This document shows, in pieces, positions 14,738 through 16,457 of a stretch of DNA of 16,457 bases. The notes below the pieces were generated by a model that worked only from the letters and a program-made list of their open reading frames with translations, searched no databases and was not told the origin of the DNA. Within the stretch, counting starts at the first letter, position 1. Every line of letters starts with the position of its first letter. The stretch covers positions 1 through 16,457 of the forward strand of contig NZ_JAYKGW010000239.1 of NCBI RefSeq assembly GCF_035285525.1, written 5' to 3'. The stretch is from Okeania sp. (GTDB lineage: Bacteria; Cyanobacteriota; Cyanobacteriia; Cyanobacteriales; Microcoleaceae). The translations under genes were made by a program, and so were the position numbers.

Positions 14738-14872
14738 AATAACTTCTTGCTTAAAAATTATATCTTAATGTAAAGTATCGTAACAATTTCCATCAAAATC
14801 TTGAGAAATCTTACCATCGTTTGACAAATAGTCTAACCTAGAAATTTCAAGTAATGTAATTAGGTAAAATTG

Positions 14873-15127
14873 ATGAATAATATCGAAAAATATCGTATTA
14901 ATTGCACCCTAACCTTCGGGGATATCTATGGCCAGATTATTGTTTGGTTAGTAGTAGTATTCTTGAGTGTTGCTGGAGGAGTTGCTCTCTGGACTAGCAG
15001 CAACCAAGTCTATGCTTTAGGAGCTATTGCTCTAATTGTAGTTTTGTCTTTACCGTTCCTACTATTTGCTTTTGTAACTACTTTATTAAATCATATTGAA
15101 GTCTCTCCAGTAGAGTCTACAAATTAA
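14873..15127 (+). CDS. Small two-TM membrane protein, unknown function (84 aa from ATG 14873; track begins at TTG 14870)
   Basis: Two long hydrophobic segments: IIVWLVVVFLSVAGGVALW and ALGAIALIVVLSLPFLLFAFVTTLL. TAA at 15125-15127. Confidence 0.55.
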   Translation: MNNIEKYRINCTLTFGDIYGQIIVWLVVVFLSVAGGVALWTSSNQVYALGAIALIVVLSLPFLLFAFVTTLLNHIEVSPVESTN

Positions 15128-15280
15128 ACAGTAATTTCAGTTATCAATTAGTCTCCTGGGTCGGAAGTGCCTTTTGCAGAGAAGCTTTGCTAACGCTTTT
15201 TATCCCCTTAAAAGGGGAAGCTTTAGACCCAAATTTTCCGTAATCAACGTTATACTTGAAAATTTTGATATAGTTTAATT

Positions 15281-15307
15281 AAGGTGGGTAATATACTCAC
15301 CTTTTTT
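15281..15307 (+). terminator. Rho-independent terminator-like hairpin
   Basis: aaggtggg / taatata / ctcacctt forms an 8-bp stem with one G:U, followed by tttt. It lies 154 nt after stop 15127. Confidence 0.5.
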
Positions 15308-15423
15308 ATAGTGAATAGCAATAATAAATAACCAAAAAAATACTCTCTAGAAGATTTAGAAAGTTGGTTAAATTCTCGTTTTCCTAATCAATAGCGCAAT
15401 TAACTTAAGTTTCCTATTTATGT

Positions 15424-15451
15424 TATAGCAATCTTATTGAGGATTGCTATA
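15424..15451. repeat. Termini-only palindrome of family B (TATAGCAATC-ttattga-GGATTGCTATA)
   Basis: The two family B terminal motifs sit back to back with a 7-nt spacer, 45 nt upstream of the Rpn-family ATG. A solo half-site lies at 14604-14614. Confidence 0.7.
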
Positions 15452-15495
15452 TAATATTTTTAATAACTTAAATATGATTAATTAAGATAAAAACT

Positions 15496-16404
15496 ATGAA
15501 TTTTGTTAGTCCGAAGGTTGATTATGCTTTTCAAAAAATCTTTGGTTCCGAAAAAAGCCAAGAGATTTTAATTAGTTTTCTGAATGCGATAATTTATGAT
15601 GGCAAAAAAACTATTGAATCTTTAACAATTATCAATCCTTTTAATCCTGGTCAAGTAATTAGTTTAAAAGATACTTATTTAGATATAAAAGCTGTTTTAT
15701 CTGATGGTTCGGTCGTAGTTATAGAAATACAAATCGCACCGATGACAGCTTTGAGCAAGGGAATAATTTATAACTTAGTAAAAGGTTATGGGAATCAGTT
15801 AAAAACGGGAGATGATTATCCCCTATTACGTCCTGCTATAGCGGTAACAATCACAGATTTTATTCTATTCAAAGACAAAGAGAAAGAACAAGAAAAAGTA
15901 AATGTTATCAATAAATTTGTATTTAAACATGAAGAGGAAAACTGGAAATACCCTGATGAAGAATTACAGTTAATATTTGTAGAGTTACCGAGATTTAATA
16001 AAAGCTTATCTGAGTTAAAAACATTAACAGATAAATGGATTTATTTCTTAAAAGAAACAGCAAACTTAGATGAAATACCAAAAGACTTAGGAGAAGTTGC
16101 TGAAATAGAACAAGCATTAAATATTGCTAATAAAATTAATATGACTCCAGAAGAATTAGAGATAGTCGAAAGTCGGGCAATGGCATTGCAAGATGAAAGA
16201 GGACGAATAGCTTATGCAGAACAACAAGGATTCGTTAAAGGAAAAGCAGAAGGAAAAGCAGAAGGAAAAGCAGAAGGGCTAAAGTCAGCATATGATAACA
16301 TATTCGCCATTATTGAAGATTTGAGGTCTGGCCTTTCTGCTGAAGTTGTTGCAGAAAAATATGATGTATCACTCCAACTGGTCGAAAAGCTTAACACTAG
16401 ATAG
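15496..16404 (+). CDS. Rpn-family recombination-promoting nuclease / putative transposase (PDDEXK_2), 302 aa
   Basis: The N-terminus PKVDYAFQKIFGSEKSQEILISFLNAII, then YLDIKAVLSDGSVVVIEIQ (D...E.Q nuclease core) and FVELPRF..DKWIYFLK are the usual hallmarks of this family. Confidence 0.8.
   Translation: MNFVSPKVDYAFQKIFGSEKSQEILISFLNAIIYDGKKTIESLTIINPFNPGQVISLKDTYLDIKAVLSDGSVVVIEIQIAPMTALSKGIIYNLVKGYGNQLKTGDDYPLLRPAIAVTITDFILFKDKEKEQEKVNVINKFVFKHEEENWKYPDEELQLIFVELPRFNKSLSELKTLTDKWIYFLKETANLDEIPKDLGEVAEIEQALNIANKINMTPEELEIVESRAMALQDERGRIAYAEQQGFVKGKAEGKAEGKAEGLKSAYDNIFAIIEDLRSGLSAEVVAEKYDVSLQLVEKLNTR
16240..16275 (+). repeat. In-frame 12-nt tandem repeat (ggaaaagcagaa x3) encoding GKAE x3
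   Basis: Three perfect units inside the Rpn-family CDS. Confidence 0.9.
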
Positions 16405-16457
16405 TTTTCCACATCAATGTGAATAACTAAACTTGCAGTCCCTTCCAAGTAGGCCTA

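Overview
This is an AT-rich cyanobacterial chromosomal segment. Evidence: four perfect HIP1 octamers GCGATCGC (1836-1843, 5541-5548, 9896-9903, 13136-13143), many heptamer STRR-type tandem repeats typical of filamentous heterocyst-forming lineages, and a cyanobacteria-typical gene set. Twelve apparently intact CDSs cover about 56% of the window (9,189 of 16,457 nt by my coordinates). They are an NTF2/SnoaL-like protein, a YdhR-like protein, a signal-anchored CHAT (caspase-fold) protease and a small secreted protein. Next come a class I FAD pyridine-nucleotide-disulfide oxidoreductase (MerA/Lpd-like), an ABA4-like/DUF4281 membrane protein and a secreted inhibitory-type serpin with predicted P1 Arg. 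The rest are a membrane-spanning Ser/Thr kinase with a large extracytoplasmic C-terminal region, three small ORFs (one of 58 aa absent from the ORF track) and an Rpn/PDDEXK_2-family nuclease. A 2.6-kb block (1096-3698) holds three decayed genes: a Uma2 endonuclease and an overlapping ATPase-fragment/TPR-protein pair. Together they carry seven in-frame TGA/TAA codons and two homopolymer frameshifts. Intergenic DNA is unusually abundant and packed with repeats: a hairpin MITE-like family A (2 copies), a family B with TATAGCAATCC termini and a GGGGTTTGG..CCAAACCCC core (6-7 full or partial copies), and several distinct heptamer arrays. I see no rRNA, tRNA, CRISPR array or complete, clearly novel multi-gene system. 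The best leads are (i) the intact secreted CHAT protease beside a decayed NTPase/TPR pair, (ii) the secreted P1-Arg serpin, (iii) the transition-compatible nonsense-codon cluster, and (iv) the family B repeat, whose copies bracket the oxidoreductase gene and whose termini-only palindrome sits just upstream of the Rpn-family nuclease gene. All family assignments come from motif recognition by eye; no searches were run.
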